NCBI GenBank assembly: GCA_016287555.1
Contig: JAEFAK010000001.1
Span: forward strand, 1 to 28,718
DNA from: Oscillospiraceae bacterium
GTDB taxonomy: Bacteria > Bacillota > Clostridia > Oscillospirales > Oscillospiraceae
Length of the DNA stretch: 28,718 bases
Direction: 5' to 3'
The translations under genes were made by a program, and so were the position numbers. The notes under the pieces were generated by a model that made no database searches, was not told the DNA's origin, and saw only the letters and a program-made list of their open reading frames with translations. How positions within the stretch are numbered: position 1 is the stretch's first letter; every line of letters begins with the position of its first letter. Of this stretch, positions 12,348 through 22,200 are shown piece by piece.

Positions 12348-14177
12348 TCAGAACGGATACGCGCCGGCGAACCATGAGAGCCAGTTGTCGGCATATTTTA
12401 TCGAGACGGGGACGCCCGTCAGCGCGGGATAGAACATCGCAAAGAGCGCTATGCAGCAGGCGGTGAAGGCTATGCAGCCCCATTTGCCGCGGATGTGTCT
12501 TGCCTCGACGACGTCGTTCATCATCATTGATATCGCGACCGCAAGAAACAGCGCGCTCGGGAAATAGTGATAGATAAAGCAGATGCGCGTCACGAAGACC
12601 CAGGGCAGAAGCTGAGCGAGATAGGCTATGACGATGAACAGCGCCTCGCCTTTTTTGCGGCTTATCAGGCTCACGACGGCCGAGATCACCGCCAGCAGCC
12701 CCGTCCACCAGACGAGCGGATTGCCGAAAGCGCCGAAGGCCGAGCGCTTTCCGTCGCCGAGGGATTCGAGGTAATAGAGGATGGGTCTCCCGTCGACCAC
12801 CCAGTTCCACCAGGGCGAGCTGTAGGGATGGGTCGCGACGAGCTTGCTGTGGTATCCGAACATGAATTTCTGGTTTTCGAGGACTATGTTCAGATGCTCC
12901 GCCGAAAAGGCCTTCGCGCCCGCCGCGTGCGCATACGGCACGTAGGCCGTTATATATATCATGGCGGGCACGGCGATAAAGAACGCGATCGAAACGACGA
13001 CCGTCTTTATGAGATAGGCCCCGAAGCGCTTCTTCCTGCCGTGCAGGTAAGCGGCGACGGCTATCTGCCTTATGAGCCAGAGCACTGCGAGCCCCGCGCC
13101 GCCGTAGAGCACTATCCACTTGCACGCGACGCCGAGACCGAAGCTTATCCCGCAGGCTATGAGCGGCGGGAACGTCTTGCTGAGCGGCGCGTCGAGCGGC
13201 AGGGCAAAATAGCGGTACATGAAAAGGAACATCAGCAGGATGAAGAACACGCCGTAGGTATCTATCGTCGCGATCCTCGTCTGCACGAAATGCATGAAGT
13301 CAAAGGCGAAGACCAGCGTCCCGCAAGCGGCGACGACAGTCTTGCCGAACATATTCTTGATGAGGATATAGAGCAGCGGGAGCATGAGGACGCCGAAAAA
13401 CGTCCCCATAAAGCGCCAGCCGAAGGGATCGAAGCCGAATATCTTTATGCCGGCGGCTATGATGAGCTTGCCCAGAGGCGGATGCGAGACCTCGTAGGGC
13501 TGGATCCCGATGATGTGCTCGTAGGCCGTCCTGACGTGGTATATCTCGTCGAAATAGGCGTTGGTCAGATAGTTTGCGTGATCCGGGAACGTCTCCTGAT
13601 CGTCGGCCAGCATGGCTCCGTATCCGCTGCCGTTGAGCGGTATACGATCGCCGCTGACGTTGAAGCAGACGATCTCGCCGAGGTAGATGGGCGGGCGCTC
13701 GGCGCGCACGCGGACGTACTTTGCTATCCTCGCGGAAACGTCGAGCTTATACCAGCCGAACTGGCCGGCGTTGGTCTGCTCGAACGTCACGGGCTCGCTC
13801 CAGCCCTCTCCGTCGACGGACGTCTCGACGAGGTAATTGCCGGTCTTGATGCCGGTAAAGAACCAGACTTCGTCAAGGAGCTCGGCGTCCCTGAACTCGA
13901 CTACGGCAGCCTGCTCGGGCGAAGTGAAGCGCATAAGGCTATCGGGCGCCTTGCCGCTGCCGAGGCCTAAAAACGCCGTCACCGCGTAGACGACGGTAAT
14001 GACGATGACCGGGAGAGCGTCGCTTCTCTCCATGGGGTGTACGCTGCAGCCGAGCAGCCTGTCCCTGCGGCGCTCCGGCTTCGGGCTGCCGAGCACGGAC
14101 GTCGCCCTGTACGCCGTGAACCACAGCGCGACTATGAGCGTCGCCACGGCGGGAATGAGCCATAAATAACTTTTCAT
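12348..14177 (-). CDS. Phospholipid-carrier-dependent glycosyltransferase (GT39 / PMT-like protein O-mannosyltransferase)
   Basis: 609 aa polytopic membrane protein with the FDEIYH acidic motif, HPPLGK, FGWRF, QTRIATID and the C-terminal PMT-type segments HPYSSPWW, FGNP and FIYHYFP. Confidence 0.88.
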   Translation of the reverse strand: MKSYLWLIPAVATLIVALWFTAYRATSVLGSPKPERRRDRLLGCSVHPMERSDALPVIVITVVYAVTAFLGLGSGKAPDSLMRFTSPEQAAVVEFRDAELLDEVWFFTGIKTGNYLVETSVDGEGWSEPVTFEQTNAGQFGWYKLDVSARIAKYVRVRAERPPIYLGEIVCFNVSGDRIPLNGSGYGAMLADDQETFPDHANYLTNAYFDEIYHVRTAYEHIIGIQPYEVSHPPLGKLIIAAGIKIFGFDPFGWRFMGTFFGVLMLPLLYILIKNMFGKTVVAACGTLVFAFDFMHFVQTRIATIDTYGVFFILLMFLFMYRYFALPLDAPLSKTFPPLIACGISFGLGVACKWIVLYGGAGLAVLWLIRQIAVAAYLHGRKKRFGAYLIKTVVVSIAFFIAVPAMIYITAYVPYAHAAGAKAFSAEHLNIVLENQKFMFGYHSKLVATHPYSSPWWNWVVDGRPILYYLESLGDGKRSAFGAFGNPLVWWTGLLAVISAVVSLISRKKGEALFIVIAYLAQLLPWVFVTRICFIYHYFPSALFLAVAISMMMNDVVEARHIRGKWGCIAFTACCIALFAMFYPALTGVPVSIKYADNWLSWFAGAYPF

Positions 14178-14974
14178 TTGAGTACCTTCGCCAATTCCGC
14201 GATATGCCTCGGAGTCGTGCCGCAGCAGCCGCCGACGAAGGACGCGCCCATTTCGGCTATGGCGGCGAGCTTGTCCGCGAATTCCTCCGGGGTCATCATA
14301 TAGTTTCCGTTTTCATCGGGCAGGCCGTTGTTGGGCTTGACTATGACGGGCAGGTCCGTCGCGCCGAGAAAGCGCGCGGCTATCTCCGCGGCGGCCTCCG
14401 GACCGACGGAGCAGTTCATCCCGATCGCGTCCGCTCCGGCGGCGGCGAGCTCCTTAGCGGCCTTCTCGGGCGTATCGCCCATGAGGGTGCGTCCCTCGCG
14501 GCCGAAGGTCAGAGTCACGAACGCGGTCATGCCGGCATTTTTGGCGGCCTCAAGGGCGATGAGCGCCTCTTCGAGGCTCGTCATCGTCTCTATGGCGGCA
14601 AGGTCGGCTTCGCGCCCGGCGGCGACGATAAGCGCATAGAGCCTTGCGGCCTCCTTCGGGTCGAGCTCGCCGTATGGCTCAAGCATCATGCCGAGCGGCG
14701 CGATATCCAGACCGACGCGCACGGACTCCGGCACGGCGGCGCGGGCATTGTCCACGGCGGCCCTTATGAGCTTTTCCGTATCGGCCCCGCAGGATACGGG
14801 ATTGACGGAAAAGCTGTTTGCGTAGACTATCTCGCTGCCCGCCTTCGCGTAGCGCGCGTGTATCGCCCGCACGAGGTCGGGCCTTTCGATATTGGCAGCG
14901 GCGAGGTCGGTCAGGCCGCTCTCTCTTATGAGCAGACTGCCGAACGCGCCGTCGAGTATAACGGGTCTTTTCAT
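14174..14974 (-). CDS. Homocysteine S-methyltransferase family protein (stand-alone Hcy-binding domain)
   Basis: 266 aa. ILDGAFG, Zn-ligand motifs GMNCSVGP and GGCCGTTP. No pterin- or cobalamin-binding domain follows. Confidence 0.9.
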   Translation of the reverse strand: MKRPVILDGAFGSLLIRESGLTDLAAANIERPDLVRAIHARYAKAGSEIVYANSFSVNPVSCGADTEKLIRAAVDNARAAVPESVRVGLDIAPLGMMLEPYGELDPKEAARLYALIVAAGREADLAAIETMTSLEEALIALEAAKNAGMTAFVTLTFGREGRTLMGDTPEKAAKELAAAGADAIGMNCSVGPEAAAEIAARFLGATDLPVIVKPNNGLPDENGNYMMTPEEFADKLAAIAEMGASFVGGCCGTTPRHIAELAKVLK

Positions 14975-14988
14975 GGTATCCCTCCCCG

Positions 14989-15807
14989 TCAGAATTTCGC
15001 TATGGAGTTTTTGACGAGATATTTGAAGTTGGGGGCCGCAGCGTCTGCCGCGGCGACGACGTCGGCATGTGAGAGCGGATGCTTCGCTATGCCTGCGGCA
15101 AGGTTGGAGATGCAGGAGACGCCGACGACGCGCATGTCCATGTGGCGCGCGGCTATGGCCTCGCAGGCGCTCGACATGCCGACGCAGCTCGCGCCCATCG
15201 CAGCGAGCATGCGTATCTCCGCCGGGCTCTCAAACTGCGGGCCTGTCAGCTGGCAGTACACTCCGCGGGCGAGCTTCACGCCGCCTTCCTCCGCAGTCGC
15301 GGCGACGACTGAGCGCAGTTCCTCGTCATATATATGCGACATATCGGGAAAGCGCGTCCCGAGCTCGTCCTCGTTCGGCCCTATGAGCGGCGACGGGACG
15401 AAGCAGCTTATCTGATCCTCGATGAGCATCAGCGAGCCCGCCGTCAGCCCCGGAGCGATACCTCCGGAAGCGTTGGTGATGAAGAGTATCTCCGCGCCCA
15501 TCGCGCGCATAAGGCGCACGGGCAGCACGACCTTGCGCATCGGGTAGCCCTCATAGTAGTGCACGCGGCCCTGCATGCAGACGACCGGCGTCTCCCCTAT
15601 GCGGCCGAAGACGAATCTTCCCGCATGGCCCGGTACGGTCGAGACGGGAAAGCCCGTCAGCGAAGAATACTCCACCGACGCCTCCACGTCTATCTCGGAG
15701 GCGAAATCGCCGAGCCCGCTGCCGAGAATCAGCCCCACGCGGGGCAAGAAATCCGTCTGCCTGCGCAGATCGGCAAGCGCGGCCTGTATCTCCTCATAAA
15801 CTGTCAT
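14989..15807 (-). CDS. punA: Purine-nucleoside phosphorylase (trimeric, inosine/guanosine type)
   Basis: 272 aa. GLILGSGLG, VPGHAG, QGRVHYYEG, GPQFESPAE, VGMS and SCISNLAAG (Glu/Asn specificity residues of trimeric PNPs). Confidence 0.92.
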   Translation of the reverse strand: MTVYEEIQAALADLRRQTDFLPRVGLILGSGLGDFASEIDVEASVEYSSLTGFPVSTVPGHAGRFVFGRIGETPVVCMQGRVHYYEGYPMRKVVLPVRLMRAMGAEILFITNASGGIAPGLTAGSLMLIEDQISCFVPSPLIGPNEDELGTRFPDMSHIYDEELRSVVAATAEEGGVKLARGVYCQLTGPQFESPAEIRMLAAMGASCVGMSSACEAIAARHMDMRVVGVSCISNLAAGIAKHPLSHADVVAAADAAAPNFKYLVKNSIAKF

Positions 15808-15822
15808 ATCCGTCCCTCCGTC

Positions 15823-18800
15823 TCATTTTATCTCAACGGCCTCGCCCGTGCGGAAGAAGTAAAGAAGCTTCTGCGCGACGGGCCTTTCAAATATTCTTTC
15901 CATGGCTTTTGCGTATGCGCCGAGCTGCGGGGCGTAGCGCCTTGCGGCGGCGGGCTGAGTCATTTTGGTCACGTTGTCGCTCTTGAAATCGACGATGACG
16001 AGGCCGTCTCCCTCGTCGAAGAGGCAGTCCACGACGCCCTGGAGCAGGAGCTCGTCCTCCCCCGCGCCTTCAAGCAGCTCCCCGGCCGGAATGAGCAGAG
16101 AGAATTTAAATTCACGCCTGAGCTCTTTCGCAGCGAGCATGCGCTTTCCCAGCGGCGAGCCGACCAGCGCGGCGATGGCCTCCGGCTTTACGGAATCCGC
16201 CTCGGCGTTCGTCAGCATATGGCGCTCGCGGAGCTTTTCCAGTTCGCCGCGCGCGCCCTCGGCCGTCACGCAGAGCGCGAGGTCGGAAAACTGGACGGCC
16301 TTGTGCAGCGCAGTTCCCCGCTCGGTCGGCGAAAGGCGGCCGCCCTCGGTCTCGAAGACGGGTCTTCGCAGGTTGGCCGGCTCGCGGCGCACGTATGTGT
16401 CGGCGCCCTCGGCGGCCTCGGATCTGAGAACGCCGCCCTTGAGCTCCGTCGCGGTCAGCTTGGAGGGTATCTTCCATGCCTCCGGCTCAGGCGGGGTAAA
16501 GTCGAGCCTTTCGGCTATGATATGCGGGGAAATCGCGTCGTCTCTCTCAAGCTCCGGCCCGGCGGCGGCTCCGCCGGCGCCTGAAGGCTCGACGATCTCC
16601 GGGACCCACTTCGGGTCTCGTCCGGCGAGCTCTGCGGCGACGAGCAGCAGCCAGTCGGTCACGTTTCCTCTATCCTCGAGCAGAGCGGGATCGAGGCCGT
16701 CTGCCTCGGCGGTCAGCTTTTCCCATTTCTTAACGCCCGTTTTCGGAGCGGTCATTATTATAAGCTTTTTCTTTGCTCTCGTCATTGCGACGTAAAGCAG
16801 GCGCATCTCTTCGCTCAGCGCCTCGTTTTTAAGGCGGGACTTGACGGCAAGGCGGGCTATCGTCGGATACTTGATGCGCCGCTCAAGGTCAACGAAGTCC
16901 ATGCCGACGCCAAGGTCCGAGTGGATGAGCAGGGGCTTGTCGCCGTCTCTGTCCTTGTACTCCGTCTGGAGATCGGCAAGCACGACGACGGGCCATTCCA
17001 GCCCTTTCGAGGCGTGCATCGTGCAGAGCGTCACGCCGCCGGAGGTCCTCTGCGAGGTCTGCAGCGAGAATGGCTTTCCTGCCTCCTCCATGTCGCGCAG
17101 CTCGCTCACGAAGCCGTAAAGCCCCGTTCCGCCGCGCGCCTCGAAGGCACGGGCCGCGTCGAGCAGGGCATAGAGCCCGCCCGTGGCCGAGGCTGCGAGT
17201 ATCCCGCTCTCATCATATATCAAGCGGAGCAGGCGTTCAAGCCCGAGTTCGGGGGCAGCCTCGCGCAGCTCGAGAAGCTTTTGAAGGAATGCGGCGCATT
17301 TTGAGTCCTCCCTGGCTCGGACGGAAAGCGCAGAATAGAAATCCCCCTCGCGGTCGGCGGCGCGTATGGCGGCCAGCTCGTCGGAGATAAAGCCGAAAAG
17401 CGGCGAGCGCAAAGCGGCTATGAGCTCGACGTCCTGCCTCGGATTGTCTATGACGGAGAGATATGACAGCACGGCGGCCACTGCGGGCTCGTCCGGCGCC
17501 TCGTCCTTCTGCAGCACGACGGGGATTCCCTCGCGGCGGAGCGCCGAGGCGAATATCTCCCCTCTCGGGCTCTTCATGAAGCGCAGGAGCACTGCGATAT
17601 CGCCCGGCTCTATGGGCCTGCCGTCGACCGTCATGCCGGAATCGAGCAGACGGCGTATGCGCGCGGCCACCGCCGCGGCCTCGGCCTCGCGTTTGGAATC
17701 CTCCTCGTCTTTCGTCTCAGTATCAAGGAGCAGAAGCTCGAAGGGCTTTTCCGGGTCCTCGTCGGGCGCTCCGCTCCCGCGGAGAGCCTCGTCCTCGCCG
17801 TATTCCATCTCGCCGAGTTCGGTTGACATAATTCTGCTGAAGACGTCGTTCACGGCGTCCAGCACACCCTGCCGCGAGCGGAAATTCTGCGACAGAAGGA
17901 TGCGCCGCGGCTCGCCCGGAGCGGGGTCGTCCTTCCAAGCACTGTACTTATTCAGGAATATCGTCGGATCCGCGAGCCGGAAGCGGTATATCGACTGCTT
18001 GACGTCGCCCACGAAGACAAGGTTCTTCCCATCCTTCGATATCGCCTTGAAAATCATGTCCTGCACGCCGGAAACGTCCTGATACTCGTCGACGAGTATC
18101 TCCGCGAAGCCCTCTGAGATATCGAGAGCGCGAGGCGTCGGAGCCCCGCCGTCATCTATGAGGAGACGTACCGCAAGATGCAGTATATCGCCGAATTCGA
18201 GCACGTTTCTGCGCTTTTTTTCCTCGTCGAGCGCGTCGCCGTAATCGAGCACGCAGCGCAGGAGCTCGTCGGTAACGACGTTTGTCTTCTCCATCTCCGC
18301 GAGAAGGACGGCGCTCGGAGCCGTGAATATACCGGCCAGCTTCGCCTGACCCGCCTTGCAGGCGTCCCATGCGCGCTTGGCGGCCTCGATCTCCGGGGAT
18401 TTGTTCATGACTTTGCCAAGCCCGATGAACGGCACGGGCCCGAAGCTCACGGCGGCGTCCCACCCCTCGGCGATGGTCTTTCCGAAGCTCTCCATGCCTT
18501 CGATGGCGGCGTCGAACTGCGTGCCGTAGGCCTTTTCGGCCTTGTCGTCGCAGGAAACGAGCGTTCTCGCGTCGGAAAGCCTGCGCAGGAGCGCGGCGTT
18601 CCTTCGTCCGGCTGAAGCTATGAGTTCTCTGCCCCAGGGCGTCTCTCCCGCGTCCTTTGCGCCGGCGCAGCCGCCGAGGTGCTCTTCTATCCAGCGGCGC
18701 GGGTAGGCGTGCGACTGGAGGGCCCCGTAGGTCGCCTCTATGGTCGTTTCGAGCTTTTGGTCGTCCTTTCCGGTATTCATCGTCTCCGCAAGAGCCCTGA

Positions 18801-19260
18801 AGGCGGGCGTCATGGAGGAGTATAGCTTCTCAAGCAGGCTGTCCATAACACGGGCGTGGATGACGCTGCTCTCGCCCTCGTCGCAGACGCGGAAATCCGG
18901 CCTGATGCCGAGCAGATGGGCATTTGCACGCACTATCTCCGAGCAGAACGAATCTATCGTCGAGATATTGGCGCGGGAAACGAGCGCGAGCTGGCGGCGA
19001 AGGCGGCGGGACGAAGGCTCGTCCGCGAGCCTCCTGACGAGCTCGCCGGAGATGCGCTCGCGAAGCTCCGCAGCGGCGGCTCTCGTGAACGTTATGACGA
19101 GGAAATCGTCGATATCCGGCCCGTCGGGGGCGGTAACGCGGCTCATGAGGCGTTCGACGAGCACGCGGGTCTTGCCTGAGCCTGCGGCGGCGGCTATGAG
19201 CAGAGCTCCGCCGGAATGCTCGACCGCGGCTCTCTGGGAGAAGGTCAGTTCGTCAGGCAC
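15823..19260 (-). CDS. addA: ATP-dependent helicase/nuclease subunit A
   Basis: 1145 aa from the GTG at 19260 (RBS GGGAGG; overlaps the addB stop). UvrD motifs AAAGSGKT, LVDEYQD, GDVKQSIYRFR, LSQNFRS, TMHASKGLE and LYVAMTRAK; C-terminal nuclease LQGVVD...VDFKSD. Confidence 0.96.
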   Translation of the reverse strand: MPDELTFSQRAAVEHSGGALLIAAAAGSGKTRVLVERLMSRVTAPDGPDIDDFLVITFTRAAAAELRERISGELVRRLADEPSSRRLRRQLALVSRANISTIDSFCSEIVRANAHLLGIRPDFRVCDEGESSVIHARVMDSLLEKLYSSMTPAFRALAETMNTGKDDQKLETTIEATYGALQSHAYPRRWIEEHLGGCAGAKDAGETPWGRELIASAGRRNAALLRRLSDARTLVSCDDKAEKAYGTQFDAAIEGMESFGKTIAEGWDAAVSFGPVPFIGLGKVMNKSPEIEAAKRAWDACKAGQAKLAGIFTAPSAVLLAEMEKTNVVTDELLRCVLDYGDALDEEKKRRNVLEFGDILHLAVRLLIDDGGAPTPRALDISEGFAEILVDEYQDVSGVQDMIFKAISKDGKNLVFVGDVKQSIYRFRLADPTIFLNKYSAWKDDPAPGEPRRILLSQNFRSRQGVLDAVNDVFSRIMSTELGEMEYGEDEALRGSGAPDEDPEKPFELLLLDTETKDEEDSKREAEAAAVAARIRRLLDSGMTVDGRPIEPGDIAVLLRFMKSPRGEIFASALRREGIPVVLQKDEAPDEPAVAAVLSYLSVIDNPRQDVELIAALRSPLFGFISDELAAIRAADREGDFYSALSVRAREDSKCAAFLQKLLELREAAPELGLERLLRLIYDESGILAASATGGLYALLDAARAFEARGGTGLYGFVSELRDMEEAGKPFSLQTSQRTSGGVTLCTMHASKGLEWPVVVLADLQTEYKDRDGDKPLLIHSDLGVGMDFVDLERRIKYPTIARLAVKSRLKNEALSEEMRLLYVAMTRAKKKLIIMTAPKTGVKKWEKLTAEADGLDPALLEDRGNVTDWLLLVAAELAGRDPKWVPEIVEPSGAGGAAAGPELERDDAISPHIIAERLDFTPPEPEAWKIPSKLTATELKGGVLRSEAAEGADTYVRREPANLRRPVFETEGGRLSPTERGTALHKAVQFSDLALCVTAEGARGELEKLRERHMLTNAEADSVKPEAIAALVGSPLGKRMLAAKELRREFKFSLLIPAGELLEGAGEDELLLQGVVDCLFDEGDGLVIVDFKSDNVTKMTQPAAARRYAPQLGAYAKAMERIFERPVAQKLLYFFRTGEAVEIK

Positions 19261-22200
19261 GGTCCTCGCCTCCCTTCTCGAGACGCTGCCAGAAATCATC
19301 TTCGGAGATCTTTTTGAAGCGGCGCGGTCTGTCCCTTCCGGGATCGAACGGGCAGGCGGCGGCAAATTCGCAGTATTCGCAGATGAGTCTGTTCGAGCCG
19401 ATATAGCAGGGCTCAGCCCCTATCGAGCCCTTTTCCAGCTCGGCGCCGATGTCGGCGAGGTTTTTCTTTACGAGCTTGGCGAGCATGCCGAGCCTCTCCG
19501 CCGAGGCCACCTTGACGGGCGCCTCGCCCCTTTTTGTTTTGAAAACGAGGCGCGCGCCGCTTCTGTCCATGGCCTTGAGAAGCTCCGGCTTATCCAGAGC
19601 GATGCCGGTGCGCTTGCTGTTTTCGCGGCGCTTCTCCTCTATCTTTTCGTCAGTCGTCTCGCGCGGAAGCTGCAGTATCGTATCCTTCGCAGGCAGGTAG
19701 AGGACGCCCGCGGGCTCTATCTTTTTCCCGTAGCGCCCCTCGCCCTCTTCGGCGAGCATAAACAGATAAATGAGCATCTGCATGCCGAGACCGTACCACA
19801 CGTTTGAGAGCGAGAAGGTCTCCGAGCCGGTCTTATAGTCCGCTACGCGCAGATACAGCGTGTCGCCCTCGGTCCAGCCGTCGACCCGGTCTATCTTGCC
19901 GCTGAGCTTTATCTGCGTCCCGTCGGAGCTGATCACGCCGGGTGGCAGGTCTCCGCCGTCCTCGAAGGAAAGCTCGAAGTCGAGCGGCTCGAAGTCGGAA
20001 TCGCGGAGCTCGTCGAGCACCTCGCGCACGATGCGCCTGACGGTCTCCTTCATCGTACCGAGCAGATACGTGAAGCGTCCGCTCTTTTCGCGCCCGGCGA
20101 GGAGCTTTTCGCAGTATTCGGCAAGGTAGCGCTCGGCAAGCTCTTCGCAGGCATCGGCGGGAGCCGAGGCAAAGCCTCCGAGCTTTTTGACGTCCCTGAC
20201 GACGTTTTCGAGTATGTAATGGGCAAACGTGCCTATGGCGGCGCCGTCGAACTCGGCCTTTTTCCGAGGGGAGGCGCGCAGGCCGTACTTTACAAAATAT
20301 GAATAGCGGCACTTGTTGAAGCTCTCCGCCCGAGAGGCGGAAAGGCGGAATTCCTTCCCGTAAAGCGCGCTGACGCTCTCCGGGGCAAGAGTGCTCCCGT
20401 CCCTGCGCAGGCGGCGCTTCAGGTCACGGAGGCGTTCCGCTCTCTCCGGTCTCATTCCGAGCGCTTCAGCGGCCGGAGCCGACCAGCGCCTGTCGCCGCC
20501 GACGGCGAGGCGCAGGCAGGGGGAAACGGCGTAGGTCATGCACTCGGCGGGCGGGACGGTCTTTATCTCGGCGCCGAGAATATCCGCGACGCGGGTCACT
20601 ATGAAGGAAGGGCGCACCTTGCGCTCGCCGCTCTCGGGCCAGCTCAGAACGAGCTTTTCCGTGGCGGCCGTGAGGGCCGAATAGACCGCAAACAGCTCGC
20701 GCGCGACGCTCTCGTCGCTCCCGCCGCCTATGTCGATGCCTAGCGCGGAGAGCTTCTCGCGCTCGTCGCAGCTGAAGAGCCCCGTCGCCGCGCCGGAGGC
20801 GGGAATGGCGTCCGCCGTCGCGCCGAGGATCATCACGACGCGCTTTTGTCTGACGCGGACCGCGTTCAGGTCGCAGAGCGTCACGGCGTCGAGCGAGGCG
20901 GGTATCGTCCCGACCTCGTACTGCGAAAGCAGGAGCTTCAGATGGCGGGAGAGGTCCGCGTCGTCCGTCTCGATCGGACCGAGCACGGCATGCAGCTGCT
21001 CAAGGCAGTCCACAAGGACGCCCCAGAGCTGATCCGTCTCGTCGGCAGACTGCGCCTGCCCCGCTTCGCGAAGGGCGGCGGCGCGCCCCGCGAGGCGCTC
21101 TGAAAGGCGCAGCGCATCGAGCATATCCCATAGAGCGCGGGTCTTTTCCGCGACGGTCGAAGCTCTTTTCAGCGCCTGCGCGAGCCCGGCAAGGGGCATG
21201 GCCGCGGCGGTACGCGCGGCGTTTATCCTTTCGAGCAGGAGCCTGTCGGCGTCGCTGAGCTCATATGAAGTCCCTTTCGGGCTCATCGTCCAGGGCTCCT
21301 CGCGCGTCCACATGGAGGCTCCGCGTATATCCCAGGTCAGACAATAGTTCTCAAGGAGATCGACGTCCTCGGGGGCCATCCCAGTCAGCCCCGTCTTCAG
21401 ATATGCGAAGACGTCCTCGCTGCGCCAGCCGCCCGTCACGACGTCCAGCGCGGAGACCGCGAGCAGGATCAGGGGCTTTTGCATCACGTCGGCGCGGCGT
21501 CCGGAATAGGCGGCGACGCCGTATTCGCGCATGACGGCCTCGCAGGCGGGCGCGTAGCCCGCGTAGTCCGGGGCGGCGACGGTAAAATCGCGGCGGCGCA
21601 GAGTCGGGTCGGCGCGCATCATATCGAGGATGCGCGCGGCGGCAAGGGCGCATTCGTCCTCGCGCGTCCCGACGCGGTATATCTCGACGGCCTTCGCCTC
21701 GCCCTCGAAGCGCGGCGCGCCGTAATCCGTCAAAGCGGCGTCAAGACAGAGGAGCTCAGGCGGCTTTTTCGCGGCGTTTCTCAGTCTCACTATCTCACAG
21801 CGCACGCCGCGCCTTGCGGCCATGGCGGCGAGCGTGTTTTTGGTCTTTTCGCAGACGGAGAACTCCTCCGCGTCGGAGCCGTCTGTCGTCAGAGTGACCG
21901 TCATATCCACGCCGCGTCTGAGGAAGCAGTCAAGCACGGCGAGTTCCTTGCCTGTGAAGTCGGTAAATCCGTCGACGAAAACGCCGCCGGAGCCGACGCT
22001 GCTGCCGGGAAGGCGGTCTATGAGCCTGTCGAGCACCTCGCGCGGATCCGTCAGCAGTTCGGAGCGGACCTGAGCGTAGGCTTCGCGGATCACGGAGAGG
22101 TCGTTGAGCTTCTCGGCGACGGCGCCTCCGGCCGCGTCTGCGGCGGCGAGCATGGCGTCGTCGGATATATCTGCGGCGTCAAGATCCTCGATGGCGCGCA

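Noticed and set aside
12331-13125. PHP phosphatase frame stays open 795 nt upstream into the PMT gene (possible frameshift fusion)
   Set aside because: The extension is Arg/Ala-rich and non-protein-like, PMT ends with its own stop at 12348, I saw no slippery site, and GGAG precedes the ATG at 12330.
19261-19365. Longer addA start (19365), and likewise the longer track starts for ispE (24278), spoIIR (23315), the lipoprotein (8103) and the transposase (9195)
   Set aside because: Each overlaps an upstream gene or regulatory DNA and lacks an RBS, whereas the downstream starts have good RBSs and family-typical N-termini.
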